NCBI GenBank assembly: GCA_964398685.1
Contig: CAYNNF010000003.1
Span: 11,184-61,854 of the forward strand
Reading direction: 5' to 3'
DNA from: an uncultured Candidatus Saccharibacteria bacterium
Lineage (GTDB): Bacteria; Patescibacteriota; Minisyncoccia; JBAYJV01
DNA: 50,671 nt
Part shown: one piece after another, positions 7,738 through 18,288 of the stretch
Layout of the letters: each line of letters opens with the position of its first letter
Position numbering within the stretch: position 1 is the stretch's first letter
Made by a program: the position numbers and the translations under genes
Notes under the pieces: model-generated
Database searches by the model: none
What the model was told of the DNA's origin: nothing
What the model saw: only the letters and a program-made list of their open reading frames with translations

Positions 7738-9838
7738 TAATACTGTCTCTTTCGAGCATATCTAAAATACGAGCCGCTCTTGCATATCCTATTCTCATTC
7801 TGCGTTGAAGAAGCGATGCTGAAGCTTTCTTTGATTCCAAAATAAGTTTTTTTGCGTCAGCATAAAGTTCGTCCTCAAATTCATAATCTTTAAAACTATC
7901 AATACTAACTCTTTCATTATCTTCGCCTATTCCTAAATTAATTTGACTTTCTTCCTCGTAATCTTGTTTTTTAAAGAAGTCTACTACTTTTTTAATTTCA
8001 CGCTCTAAAATAAATGCTCCTTGAATCCGTTTCGGTTTTGAACTGTCTCCGGTCTGATAGAGCATATCGCCCTTGCCTAATAATTTTTCAGCGCCCGCCA
8101 TATCAATAATGGTCCGCGAATCTATTTGAGAAGCAACCTGAAAAGCAATACGAAAAGTAATATTAGCCTTAATTAATCCCGTAATAACTTCTACGGAAGG
8201 ACGTTGCGTAGAAAGAATGAGATGAATGCCGACCGCGCGCGCCATTTGAGCCAACCGCACTATTGCCGCTTCAGTTTCTCGTCCATAGCTCATCATAATA
8301 TCAGCAAGTTCATCAATAACAATTACGATAAAAGGAAGGATTTTATGATTATCCGCATCATTTTCTTTTTGTTGTTTTGTTAGCTTCGAAATTTTTTCAT
8401 TATAAGAAAGAATATCGCGCGCGCCAATTTTTGAAAGTAATTCATAGCGCCTTTCCATTTCAGATATGGCCCACTTTAGAGAATTAATCGCCCTTTGAGC
8501 ATCAACAATAACTGGAGTTAATAAGTGAGGAACACCATTGTAAGCCGTTAGTTCAACTCTTTTAGGATCTATTAAAATTAACTTAAGCGTACGCGGACTG
8601 TTTTGATACAAAAAAGAAATTAGAATATTATGAATAGCTACGCTCTTGCCTGTTCCGGTTGCTCCGGCAATTAAAAGATGAGGCATTCTCGCAAGATTAT
8701 CATAGACAGCGTCCCCAGAAACATTTTTTCCCAAGGGAATAGTGAGGTAATTTTTTCTTTTACTGTATTGAGGATCTTCTAAAAGGTTTCTCAGTCTTAC
8801 TAAATGCGGATTTTTATTAGGCACCTCAATCCCAGCCCATGACTTTCCAGGAATAGGCGCTTCAATTCTCAGGGGATGAGCAGCTAACGCTAAGGAAAGA
8901 TCATTGTGCAAAGCAACAATTTGAGAGAGCTTAATTCCTTGAGATGGTTTCAAGGTATATTGAGTAACGGTCGGACCCACGCTAACATCGCCCATTGTCA
9001 CGGAAATATTAAAGTTTTCAAGAGTATTTTTGATAATTTCATTATTAGCTTTAATCTCGGATTTATCAACGCTTTCCTTATCTAAAAGTTCATATGATAA
9101 TAAATCAATTGGTGGAAAATCATATCCTTCTTCTTTTGACTGTTGGAGTGTCTTTTCAGGCTCATTTTTTGTTCGGCTTTCGCCCCCGATATGTTTTAAA
9201 CTAAAAATAGGATGGCGTAATATTTTTGTTTCCCCCGATGAAATACGTCTTAAAAAAGACGGTTTTGTTTTATTAAAACCAAGGGTGGGCTGATTACTTT
9301 CTTGAAGAATATTTTGTTTGTCTTCCAATTTTTCTTCCTTTTCTTTTTCTTTTTTAAACAGAAACCCAAAAGACAGATTGAAAACTAAAATGCAAGAAAT
9401 TAGGCAAAATGCTGATAATACAATAAACGCGCCCGTAAAATCAAAATAGCGAAGCATCAATTGACCAATGATCTTGCCAAGAACACCGCCATTATCAGTA
9501 TTTATTATGCCCAAAAAACTAACCAGAGAAAGCAATAATAAAATGGCGCCTATTGATGTTGCCCATAGCGGTTTTTTGAGCCGCGATAAAATTGAAAGCG
9601 CAGTTACTATAAAAATAAGAGGAATCAAATAAGCGCCTCCTCCTAAAAACCAACGCGTTCCTTTTATAAAATATTCGCCCGCCACGCCAGCTTTATTCCA
9701 AAAAGCCGCTATGCTTAAGAACGACAAAGCGAGGAGAATAATGACAATAATGGTATTTTTTGTCCGTCTGCCAAGAGTTTTTTTCTTAGATTTTTTTTCT
9801 TCTTTGTCTTTTTTTTCTTTCTTACGTTTTTTAAACAT
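7673..9838 (-). CDS. ftsK: DNA translocase FtsK/SpoIIIE
   Basis: N-terminal TM helices. Motor domain with Walker A GATGTGKS and Walker B VIVIDELAD. C-terminal gamma winged helix (LLQRRMRIGYARAARILDMLE). Confidence 0.95.
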   Translation of the reverse strand: MFKKRKKEKKDKEEKKSKKKTLGRRTKNTIIVIILLALSFLSIAAFWNKAGVAGEYFIKGTRWFLGGGAYLIPLIFIVTALSILSRLKKPLWATSIGAILLLLSLVSFLGIINTDNGGVLGKIIGQLMLRYFDFTGAFIVLSAFCLISCILVFNLSFGFLFKKEKEKEEKLEDKQNILQESNQPTLGFNKTKPSFLRRISSGETKILRHPIFSLKHIGGESRTKNEPEKTLQQSKEEGYDFPPIDLLSYELLDKESVDKSEIKANNEIIKNTLENFNISVTMGDVSVGPTVTQYTLKPSQGIKLSQIVALHNDLSLALAAHPLRIEAPIPGKSWAGIEVPNKNPHLVRLRNLLEDPQYSKRKNYLTIPLGKNVSGDAVYDNLARMPHLLIAGATGTGKSVAIHNILISFLYQNSPRTLKLILIDPKRVELTAYNGVPHLLTPVIVDAQRAINSLKWAISEMERRYELLSKIGARDILSYNEKISKLTKQQKENDADNHKILPFIVIVIDELADIMMSYGRETEAAIVRLAQMARAVGIHLILSTQRPSVEVITGLIKANITFRIAFQVASQIDSRTIIDMAGAEKLLGKGDMLYQTGDSSKPKRIQGAFILEREIKKVVDFFKKQDYEEESQINLGIGEDNERVSIDSFKDYEFEDELYADAKKLILESKKASASLLQRRMRIGYARAARILDMLERDSIIGPPRGSKSREILIKKEDNAF

Positions 9839-9879
9839 AAATTACTTAATTACTTAATTGTTTTCTCTTATTTTACCAC

Positions 9880-9930
9880 AAAAAAACGAAAAACAAAAAG
9901 AGCTTCTAAAAAAATGTTTTTAAGCTCTTT
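9880..9930 (-). terminator. Intrinsic terminator after rplO
   Basis: Stem aaagagctt/aagctcttt (9897-9905 / 9922-9930), followed on the minus strand by ttgtttttcgttttttt. Confidence 0.6.
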
Positions 9931-9965
9931 TGTTTTTAAAAAATATGGAATTCTTCTTTTAATCT

Positions 9966-10703
9966 TTATCTTTTCTTGGCGACTTTCTTAATATCTTTTT
10001 TCTTAATAATCCTTGATTTTGATTTTGTTGATCCTTTTCCAATCTTTGCATCCTTCTTTTTCTTAACTGTTTTTTTTATTTTTCTTTTAATATCTTTTTT
10101 GAGTTTAACATCCTTTGGTTTTTTGTCAATTTTCTCTTTTTTTGGGCTTGTCTGTTTCTCAACTTCTTTGTTTGCTATATTTTTGGATATCTTCTTTTTT
10201 TCTGGCTCTGCGGTTTTTTTTACTTTTTTTGGCCTTTCCGCTCTAGGCAATGTTGATCTTATTTTTTGTTTTGTCTCAATTTTTCCTCCAGCTTTCTTAA
10301 TTTTTTCTAAGGCGGATTTTGAAAAGCTGATATTATATCCTTTGAAAATTAAAGATTTTTTAAGCTCTCCATCGCCCAATATTTTCACCAATCTGTCTTT
10401 TTTTCTAATAAATTTATTAGCGCGCAGTTTAATTATATCTATAATCTCGCCTGCTTTAAATTTTTCTTCTAAAATGCTTACATTCAAAACTACAGGTTTT
10501 TGCTTTTTAACGCCTGCGAATTTATAGCCACGTCTTTTGGGAAATTTCTTAATAATATCCCTTAAAACTGGCCGAGGAGTGCCGCCGGCTCGCGATTTCT
10601 GTCCTTTAACACCACGACCTGAATAAGTGCCCTTTTTGCCGCCACGACCGACTCTTTTTCTCTTTTTTAATAAATGAATTGGTTTTAATTCATGAAACTG
10701 CAT
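9966..10703 (-). CDS. rplO: 50S ribosomal protein L15 with ~100-aa Lys-rich C-terminal extension
   Basis: GRGGKKGTYSGRGVKGQKSRAGG L15 signature. The L15 core ends near residue 145 and a K-rich tail follows. Confidence 0.9.
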   Translation of the reverse strand: MQFHELKPIHLLKKRKRVGRGGKKGTYSGRGVKGQKSRAGGTPRPVLRDIIKKFPKRRGYKFAGVKKQKPVVLNVSILEEKFKAGEIIDIIKLRANKFIRKKDRLVKILGDGELKKSLIFKGYNISFSKSALEKIKKAGGKIETKQKIRSTLPRAERPKKVKKTAEPEKKKISKNIANKEVEKQTSPKKEKIDKKPKDVKLKKDIKRKIKKTVKKKKDAKIGKGSTKSKSRIIKKKDIKKVAKKR

Positions 10704-10728
10704 AAATAGTATGATAGAAAATTAGTAT

Positions 10729-11310
10729 TTAATTATCTTTCTTAACTTCCTTTTTTATTTTTGATATTGATGTTTTAGCTACCTTCTTTTCTTCGGTTGT
10801 CTTTTTAGATGCCTGAAGCTTTAAATATTCTGATTTAGCGTGAAATTGATTTATTCTCTTGAATCCTTCCAGGGTAGCGCGGGCAATATTAATTTTATTA
10901 TTAGTGCGGCTTAAGATTTTAGCTGAGATATTTTCAATGCCCGACAAGGAACAAAGAGATCTAACAACGCCTCCCGCAATTAAACCATGTCCTTTTTGAG
11001 TCGGTTTCAATAAAACTCGCGCGCTTTTAAATCGTCCAATAACATCAACTGGAATTGTTCCTTCTGAACGCACTACTTGCATCATTTTCTTTTCAGCTTT
11101 TTTTGATGCTTTTTCAATAGACTGAGCAACATCTTTCCCTTTGCCGATGCCCAAACCAATTAATCCTTGTTTATTGCCCAGTGCAACCGTGGCGCGAAAA
11201 CTAAAACGCCGACCGCCGGCGACAGTTCTTGATACGCGAGCAATATCTATTATTTCTTGATCGTATTGCGATTGTTCTTCTCTAATATGTGGGTTTCTCT
11301 GTTGAAACAT
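10729..11310 (-). CDS. rpsE: 30S ribosomal protein S5
   Basis: VSRTVAGGRRFSFRATVALGNKQGLIGLGIGKGKDV and GLIAGGVVRSL match the S5 N- and C-domains. Short K-rich tail. Confidence 0.95.
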   Translation of the reverse strand: MFQQRNPHIREEQSQYDQEIIDIARVSRTVAGGRRFSFRATVALGNKQGLIGLGIGKGKDVAQSIEKASKKAEKKMMQVVRSEGTIPVDVIGRFKSARVLLKPTQKGHGLIAGGVVRSLCSLSGIENISAKILSRTNNKINIARATLEGFKRINQFHAKSEYLKLQASKKTTEEKKVAKTSISKIKKEVKKDN

Positions 11311-11350
11311 ATTAATTTAAATAATTTAATTTAATAAGTTAAATATTTTT

Positions 11351-14300
11351 CTATTTTTTTAATCCTGTCCCTGCCGGAATTAATTTACCAATAATAACAT
11401 TTTCCTTGAGGCCTCGCAGTTTGTCTATTTTACCCTCACAAGCTGCATTAATCAAGACCCTTGCTGTTTCTTGGAACGAAGCAGCAGAAAGAAAACTCTC
11501 GCTTGAAAGCGAAACCTTAGTAATTCCCATTAAAAGCTCAGTTGCCGTTGCTTTATCTTTCTCTTTAAGTCCCTCATTGACTTCCACTAAAATATCCCGT
11601 TCCACTATCTGTCCGCTTAAAAGCTTAGTTGATTTTCCATCAATAACACGAAAACGAGAAAACATTTTTCTGGTAACAACCTCAATATATCTTTCATCAA
11701 TAGCTGCTCCCTGGAAAAAATAAATATTCTGCACTTCTTTGATAATATAACGCTGCACATCTTGTTTTGTTCGTAAGCGATAAAGCGCTTTGAGGTCAAG
11801 ATGTCCATCTGACAGCCTTTGTCCTTTAGTAACAAGATCTCCAACATTAACAAAAACTCTTTTGTTTAAAGGCAGTGAATAAAAACGTTTATTGTCTTTT
11901 TTAGTTTTATGTTTTTTGGGATTAGAATCAAGAATACTTTCGTTTATTTCAATGGTTATTTCTCTTTTCTTGCCAATTTTTTCAATATCAACAACCTTGC
12001 CGTCTACTTCTGAAATTAAAGCCCGTTCATGAGGCGTCCTTAATTCTAAAATTTCCTCAACACGAGGCAATCCCTGAGTGATATCTCCTTCACCAGCAAC
12101 ACCGCCAGCATGAAAAGTTCTCATCGTTAACTGAGTTCCCGGTTCGCCAATTGATTGGGCAGCTACTATGCCAACAGTAGCACCTATTTCAACGAGTTTA
12201 TTTGTGCCTAAATCATAGCCAAAACATTTTTGGCAAAGCCCATGTTTTGCTTTACAGCTTAATGAAGATCTAATTTTAATTTTGTCAATGCCGGTATCAG
12301 CAATTTTTTTTGCCGTTTCTTTATCAATAAGATCGCCTTCTTTAGCAATAATTTTTCCGGCATTTTTAATATCTTCTAAAATTGTTCGTCCGACTAATCG
12401 AGTTTCAAATCCAATCCCAATATCTTCACTATCTTTTAATTGCATCGTGATACCCTCTGTGTCGCCGCAATCAACTTCTCTAATAATTATATCTTGACAT
12501 ACATCAACAAGGCGGCGAGTTAAATATCCCGCAACAGCAGTTTTCAAAGCAGTATCTGTTGTTCCTTTTCTAGCGCCATGAGTTGAAATAAAATATTCAA
12601 GAACATTAAAACCTTCTTTAAAGTTTGATAATACGGGCAATTCAATTATTTCTGAAGCAGGATTAATAACAAGCCCTTTAATGCCTGACATTTGAGTAGT
12701 CTGACCCCATGATCCTCGCGCTCCAGAATCAAAAATATGAAAAATAGGCCCATCTTTAGGCAATACTTGAGGAACTAACCTAGATATCCTGTCAATAGCA
12801 GTAAACCAATTATCAATCACCTTGGTTTTTCTTTCTTCTTCTGTCAGTAATCCATCTTGATAATGCTTATTAATTTCTTCAACTTTTTGGACTGCTTCTT
12901 TTAAGATATTCTTTTTTTCAGGAGGGGTAATTAAGTCGTCAAACCCCCAGCTAATACCTGATTTCGTTGCATAATGGAAACCAATATGCTTAATACGATC
13001 AATAATTGGACCTACTTCTTTGTTCTCATATCTATCAATAATGCCAGCAATTATTTTTTGCAGGCCTTTTTTGTTTAGAGTTTTATTAACAAATGGTTCG
13101 TCTTCGGGTAAATTATTATTGAGAATAATTCTTCCTAAGCTAGTTTCAGTTAATTCATCCGAATTGGGTAAAAATAACTTAATTTTAGCCTTGAGATTAA
13201 TTTTATCAAAATCATAAGCAAGATAAGCTTCTTCAGGCGAGCTAAAAACAGAACCTTCTCCCTTAAGTCCTTCTTCTATCTTAGTCATCCAATAAATTCC
13301 TAAAACAATATCTTGAGTGGGATTAATAATGGGATGACCCGTTGCTGGTTTTAGTAAATTAGCGCTAGGTTTCATTATTTTCTCTGTTTCTTTCTGGGCT
13401 CTTTCGGAAATAGGAAGATGGACAGCCATCTGATCACCATCAAAATCAGCATTAAAGGCCTGGCAAACTAAGGGATGAAGTTTTATGGCATTACCTTCAA
13501 TCAAAATCGGTTTAAACGCTTGTATGCTGAGCCGATGTAGAGTTGGAGCGCGGTTCAAAAGGATGTATTTATTTTTAATAACCTCTTCTAAAATATCCCA
13601 AACCTCGTCTGATCCTTCTTCAATAAAATGACTTGCCGCCTTGATATTGGGTGCTAATTCTTTTTCATAAATGAGTTTGTGAATAATAAATGGCTTAAAT
13701 ATTTCAAGCGCCATTTTTTTAGGCAGACCGCATTCGTCAAGCTTAAGGCTTGGGCCAACTATAATAACCGACCTGCCTGAATAATCTACTCTCTTGCCCA
13801 AAAGATTTTGTCTGAACCTTCCTTGTTTTCCTTTGAGCATATCAGCTAATGATTTTAGAGCGCGGCTTTGAGCGCTAGCAGTACGAACTTCTTTGCCTTT
13901 CCGCGCCGAATTATCAATTAACGCATCCACTGCTTCTTGAAGCATTCTTTTCTCATTGCGCAAAATAACTTCTGGAGCTTTAAGTTCTTGCAATCTTTTC
14001 AAGCGATTATTGCGATTAATGACCCTACGATAAAGATCATTAACATCTGATGTTGCAAAACGTCCTCCATCTAACTGGACCATAGGCCTTAAATCAGGAG
14101 GAATAATGGGAAGGATTGTCCAAAACATCCATTCGGGCCTCATTTTATTTAAGAAAAAGGATTCAATTAAATCTAACTGACGCAGGATTTTCTTTTTTTG
14201 CGGTCCAGTAACTTTTTCTAATTTATTTTTAAGATAGGCCCTGTCTTTTTCTAAATCAATTTGTTCCATCATTTGCCGAAGCGCCTCCGCCCCAATACCC

Positions 14301-14953
14301 GCCTCAAACACCTCAGCATACTTATGGCTAAGACCATAATATTCAATCTCAGAAATAACCTGACCTTTGGCAAGCCGTCTTATTTCTTCGCGCGTTTTAT
14401 TGCGTTTTAATTCTAATTTTTTTAATTCTTTATTCTTGTTTTTGGTGGTTAATTTTTGTTTTTTAAGGGCCTTCTTTTTGGTTTTAAATTCATTGTCAAT
14501 ATTTTTTAAAACTTCTTGGCGCGCTTGATCGTCCACGCTGATAATAACATAACTCGTAAAATAGATTACTCTTTCTAAATCTTTAATAGAAATATTCAAA
14601 AAGAGGCTAATTTTTGAAGGAACGCCTCTCAAAAACCAAATATGGGAAACAGGACAAGCTAATTTAATATGCCCCATACGTTCGCGCCTTACCGAAGAAG
14701 TTGTCACTTCAACGCCACATTTATCACAAACAATGCCCTTATAACGAATTTTTTTATATTTACCGCAATAACATTCATAATCTTTTTCCGGACCAAAAAT
14801 GCGTTCGCAAAAAAGACCATCCCGTTCAGGACGATGAGTACGATAATTAATCGTTTCTGGTTTGGTAACTTCGCCAAAAGACCATTCAAGAATTTTTTCC
14901 GGAGAAGCAATTTTAAGTTTTATAGCTTCAAAATCCTGAATTGTTTCTTTCAT
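11351..14953 (-). CDS. rpoC: DNA-directed RNA polymerase subunit beta'
   Basis: NADFDGDQMAVH catalytic motif and N-terminal Zn-finger cysteines. 1200 aa. Confidence 0.98.
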   Translation of the reverse strand: MKETIQDFEAIKLKIASPEKILEWSFGEVTKPETINYRTHRPERDGLFCERIFGPEKDYECYCGKYKKIRYKGIVCDKCGVEVTTSSVRRERMGHIKLACPVSHIWFLRGVPSKISLFLNISIKDLERVIYFTSYVIISVDDQARQEVLKNIDNEFKTKKKALKKQKLTTKNKNKELKKLELKRNKTREEIRRLAKGQVISEIEYYGLSHKYAEVFEAGIGAEALRQMMEQIDLEKDRAYLKNKLEKVTGPQKKKILRQLDLIESFFLNKMRPEWMFWTILPIIPPDLRPMVQLDGGRFATSDVNDLYRRVINRNNRLKRLQELKAPEVILRNEKRMLQEAVDALIDNSARKGKEVRTASAQSRALKSLADMLKGKQGRFRQNLLGKRVDYSGRSVIIVGPSLKLDECGLPKKMALEIFKPFIIHKLIYEKELAPNIKAASHFIEEGSDEVWDILEEVIKNKYILLNRAPTLHRLSIQAFKPILIEGNAIKLHPLVCQAFNADFDGDQMAVHLPISERAQKETEKIMKPSANLLKPATGHPIINPTQDIVLGIYWMTKIEEGLKGEGSVFSSPEEAYLAYDFDKINLKAKIKLFLPNSDELTETSLGRIILNNNLPEDEPFVNKTLNKKGLQKIIAGIIDRYENKEVGPIIDRIKHIGFHYATKSGISWGFDDLITPPEKKNILKEAVQKVEEINKHYQDGLLTEEERKTKVIDNWFTAIDRISRLVPQVLPKDGPIFHIFDSGARGSWGQTTQMSGIKGLVINPASEIIELPVLSNFKEGFNVLEYFISTHGARKGTTDTALKTAVAGYLTRRLVDVCQDIIIREVDCGDTEGITMQLKDSEDIGIGFETRLVGRTILEDIKNAGKIIAKEGDLIDKETAKKIADTGIDKIKIRSSLSCKAKHGLCQKCFGYDLGTNKLVEIGATVGIVAAQSIGEPGTQLTMRTFHAGGVAGEGDITQGLPRVEEILELRTPHERALISEVDGKVVDIEKIGKKREITIEINESILDSNPKKHKTKKDNKRFYSLPLNKRVFVNVGDLVTKGQRLSDGHLDLKALYRLRTKQDVQRYIIKEVQNIYFFQGAAIDERYIEVVTRKMFSRFRVIDGKSTKLLSGQIVERDILVEVNEGLKEKDKATATELLMGITKVSLSSESFLSAASFQETARVLINAACEGKIDKLRGLKENVIIGKLIPAGTGLKK

Positions 14954-14995
14954 AAGTTTATAAAAAAAGTAATATTGTGTTAATTTCTCCTGTCT

Positions 14996-17900
14996 TTATC
15001 TTCCGTCTTCCTCTCTCTTTAAAATCTTTTTCCCTAAAAGTTCAATTGAAAAACCAAGACCTCTGAGCTCATTAAGTAAAACATTAAATGAAGCAGGAAT
15101 GTTAGAATTTATAATTTCTTGACCTCTAATAATTGCTTCGTAAGCCGCTGCGCGGCCTAAAACATCGTCCGATTTAATCGTTAACATTTCCTGAAGAGTA
15201 TAAGCCGCTCCATACCCTTCTAATGCCCAAACTTCCATTTCTCCAAAGCGCTGACCGCCAAACTGCGATTTTCCTCCAAGTGGCTGTTGAGTGATTAGAG
15301 AATAAGGACCAATAGAACGCATATGGATTTTTTCACTGACTAAGTGATTCAATTTCATCATATAAATGTATCCAACTGTTACTGGTTGATCAAACTTTTT
15401 GCCTGTTCTTCCATCGTAAAGATCAAATTTGCCTGTTTCCGGATAATTGGCTTTTTTTAATTCATCTCTTATTTCTGATTCTTTTACTCCCGAGAGAGAC
15501 GGACTTAATGCGCGGCATCCTAAAGATTTAGCAATCATGCCTAAGTGAGTTTCAAGAATTTGACCAATATTCATACGCGACGCTACTCCCAGCGGATTAA
15601 GGACAATATCAACAGGCGTACCATCTTTTAAGTGAGGCATATCTTCTTCTGATAACACTTTAGAAATAACGCCTTTATTTCCATGACGTCCTGACAATTT
15701 ATCCCCAACTTCTATCTTCTTAAATAATGCTACTTCAACTTGAACGCTCTTAATAACGCCCGAAGAAAGTTTATCTCCTTTATCTTGAGAAAAAACGCGA
15801 ACACCAATAACACGCCCTTTTTTACCATGAGGCAAAGTCAAGGAACTATCCTTGATATCACGAGCTTTTTCTCCAAAAATTGACCTAAGTAATCTTTCTT
15901 CAGAAGTTAAATCTGTTTCTCCTTTGGGGGAAATTTTTCCAACAAGAATATCTCCTTCCTTAACTTGCGCCCCTATTCTTACTATTCCTTCTTCGTTAAG
16001 GTCTTTTAATCTTTCTTCTCCTACATTGGGAATGTCGGGCGTGGTCACTTCGGGGCCCAAGCGAGTATCCCTTACATCAATCATAAAATCTTCAATATGA
16101 ATTGAGCTGAAGCGATCATCTCTGACCACTTTTTCTGAAATAATAATAGCGTCTTCAAAATTAAATCCTTCCCAAGAGATAAAAGCAACTAAAAGATTCT
16201 GGCCTAATGCAAGGACATCGCCATCAATTGCTGGTCCATCTGCCAAAACTTCGCCTTTCTTCACCCTATTTCCTTTCTTCACTAAAGGCCGCTGATGAAT
16301 ACAGGTATATTGATTAGATCTCCTAAAATTAGCAAGAGAATATTCTTTAATTTTATTAGCTTTTGTTTCTTTAACAATTATTTTTTGAGCATCAGCATGC
16401 ATTACTATACCGGCATTTTCGGCCGTAACAATCATGCCTGAATCAATGGCTGTCCTTTTCTCCATTCCAGTTCCCACGAAAGGAGCTTCTGGTATTACAC
16501 AAGATACCGCCTGGCGTTGCATATTTGAACCCATGAGCGCGCGATTGGCATCATCATGTTCTAAGAAGGGAATTAATGATGTCGCTACCGATATTGATTG
16601 ATTTGGCGCAACATCTACAAAATCCACTTTTTCGCTTTCTATAAGGCCTGGTTCAGTTTTAATACGAGCTTCCACTTTTTTGTTTTTAAAAAAGTTTTTA
16701 TCATCAAGGGGCTCTCCAGCAGGAGCAATAACATAATTTTCTTCTTCATCAGCAGTTAAATAAACTACTTCATCAGTAACCTTGCCACCCTTAACTTGCC
16801 AATAAGGAGTAATTAAAAACCCGTATTTGTTCAAGGAAGCGTATGTAGAAATATGGTTAACAAGCCCAATATTAGGTCCTTCAGGCGTTTGAATGGGACA
16901 TAGTCTTCCATAATGGCTTGGATGAACATCGCGTACTTCAAAACCAGCTCTTTCTTTGGTTAATCCGCCAGGACCCATAGAAGAAACCCGACGCTTATGT
17001 TCAAGCTCTGCAAGAGGATTGACCTGATCCATAAACTGAGAAAGCCGAGAAGATATAAAAAATTCCCGCACAACTGCCGCAAGAGGTCTGATGTTAATCA
17101 GTTGAGCGGGAGCAAGGGTATAAATATCTAAAGTGCTCATTCTGTCTTTAATAATTCTCGTCATGCGCGCAAAGCCGACTTGAACGCGATTAAGTAAAAG
17201 TTCTCCTACACACTTAATTCGCCTATTGCTTAAATGATCAATATCATCAGGCCTTGATTGAGGGTTTTGATTAAGCTTAATTATTTCTTTAACAATTAAA
17301 ACAATGTCTTTAATAGAAAGAATTCGTTCAGAAAAACCAATTTTTTGTTTTTTCTTTGAGTTTTGTTGAGGACTGTTTAATCCAAGACGTTGTTTAATTT
17401 TCCATCGCCCTACTTCTGATAAATCATATCGCTCAAAGCTAAACATTGCCTTGAGCAACGATCTAGCATTATCCGGCGTTGCTAATTCACCGGGTCTAAT
17501 TCTGCGATAAATATCAATAAGTCCTTCAGGTTGATTATTGGTAAGATCTTTTGCCAGTGAAGCGTCTATATAATCAAACTCATCGGTTTTAAATGAATCT
17601 TTAAAAATTTCTTTAATATTATCATTAGTGTCAATAAGGGGTTTTTCTTCTTCGCGAATTCCTGAAAATGCCCTGAGAAATGCTGTAACGGGCATTTTAC
17701 GCTTACGATCAACTTTGACATAAATAGTGTTATGGTTATCCGTTTCAAATTCCAGCCAAGCGCCTCGATTGGGAATAATTTTGGCGCCAAAATAATGACG
17801 GCCATTTTCATATCGAGAATTAAAAAACACGCCCGGCGAGCGCGCAAGCTGCGATACAATAACTCTTTCTACCCCATTTAAAATAAAAGTTCCGCGATTT

Positions 17901-18238
17901 GTCATCAACGGAAAATCTCCCATAAAAATATCTTGCTCTTTAGTCTCTGCTGTTTTCTTGTTTTCGAGATTTAAACGAACTTTCAACGAGGCTTCGTATG
18001 AAGCATTATGCTCTCTGGCGCTAATTTCGGTATGCTTAGGTTCATCTAAATAATAGTCAATAAAAGACAACTCCAGTTCTTTGCCTGAATAATCAACGAT
18101 GGGAGAAATTTCTTGAAACAGACTCTTGAGCCCTTCTTCAAAAAACCATTTATAGGAATTGAGCTGAATTTCAATCAAATTGGGAAGAGGCAAGTTTTTT
18201 TTAGGAAAACCCGAAAATTTTTTCTCTTCCATACTCAA
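14996..18238 (-). CDS. rpoB: DNA-directed RNA polymerase subunit beta
   Basis: SGRHGNKGVISKV, GGQRFGEMEVWALE and other RpoB blocks. 1080 aa. Confidence 0.98.
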   Translation of the reverse strand: MSMEEKKFSGFPKKNLPLPNLIEIQLNSYKWFFEEGLKSLFQEISPIVDYSGKELELSFIDYYLDEPKHTEISAREHNASYEASLKVRLNLENKKTAETKEQDIFMGDFPLMTNRGTFILNGVERVIVSQLARSPGVFFNSRYENGRHYFGAKIIPNRGAWLEFETDNHNTIYVKVDRKRKMPVTAFLRAFSGIREEEKPLIDTNDNIKEIFKDSFKTDEFDYIDASLAKDLTNNQPEGLIDIYRRIRPGELATPDNARSLLKAMFSFERYDLSEVGRWKIKQRLGLNSPQQNSKKKQKIGFSERILSIKDIVLIVKEIIKLNQNPQSRPDDIDHLSNRRIKCVGELLLNRVQVGFARMTRIIKDRMSTLDIYTLAPAQLINIRPLAAVVREFFISSRLSQFMDQVNPLAELEHKRRVSSMGPGGLTKERAGFEVRDVHPSHYGRLCPIQTPEGPNIGLVNHISTYASLNKYGFLITPYWQVKGGKVTDEVVYLTADEEENYVIAPAGEPLDDKNFFKNKKVEARIKTEPGLIESEKVDFVDVAPNQSISVATSLIPFLEHDDANRALMGSNMQRQAVSCVIPEAPFVGTGMEKRTAIDSGMIVTAENAGIVMHADAQKIIVKETKANKIKEYSLANFRRSNQYTCIHQRPLVKKGNRVKKGEVLADGPAIDGDVLALGQNLLVAFISWEGFNFEDAIIISEKVVRDDRFSSIHIEDFMIDVRDTRLGPEVTTPDIPNVGEERLKDLNEEGIVRIGAQVKEGDILVGKISPKGETDLTSEERLLRSIFGEKARDIKDSSLTLPHGKKGRVIGVRVFSQDKGDKLSSGVIKSVQVEVALFKKIEVGDKLSGRHGNKGVISKVLSEEDMPHLKDGTPVDIVLNPLGVASRMNIGQILETHLGMIAKSLGCRALSPSLSGVKESEIRDELKKANYPETGKFDLYDGRTGKKFDQPVTVGYIYMMKLNHLVSEKIHMRSIGPYSLITQQPLGGKSQFGGQRFGEMEVWALEGYGAAYTLQEMLTIKSDDVLGRAAAYEAIIRGQEIINSNIPASFNVLLNELRGLGFSIELLGKKILKREEDGR

Positions 18239-18244
18239 AAAGTG

Positions 18245-18288
18245 CCGATAAACAAAAGACCCTTGCCTAATTAGGCAATTAAGGGTTT
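18245..18288 (-). promoter_or_regulatory. Terminator-like (attenuator) hairpin in the rpoB leader
   Basis: The minus strand reads aaacccttaattgcctaattaggcaagggt followed by cttttgtttat. It ends about 12 nt before the rpoB ATG. Confidence 0.4.

Noticed and set aside
9976-10527. 183-aa plus-strand ORF
   Set aside because: It is the antisense mirror of the Lys-rich L15 tail: AAA/AAG runs read as TTT/CTT, giving an F/L/S-rich pseudo-protein. L15 on the minus strand is unambiguous.
11406-17859. ORFs of 60-105 aa nested in or antisense to rpoC and rpoB (11406-11723, 11617-11853, 12282-12497, 13020-13217, 14669-14983, 14704-14910, 15852-16100, 17566-17859)
   Set aside because: They lie entirely within strongly supported conserved genes and have the L/S/F/I-rich composition typical of shadow frames in AT-rich DNA.
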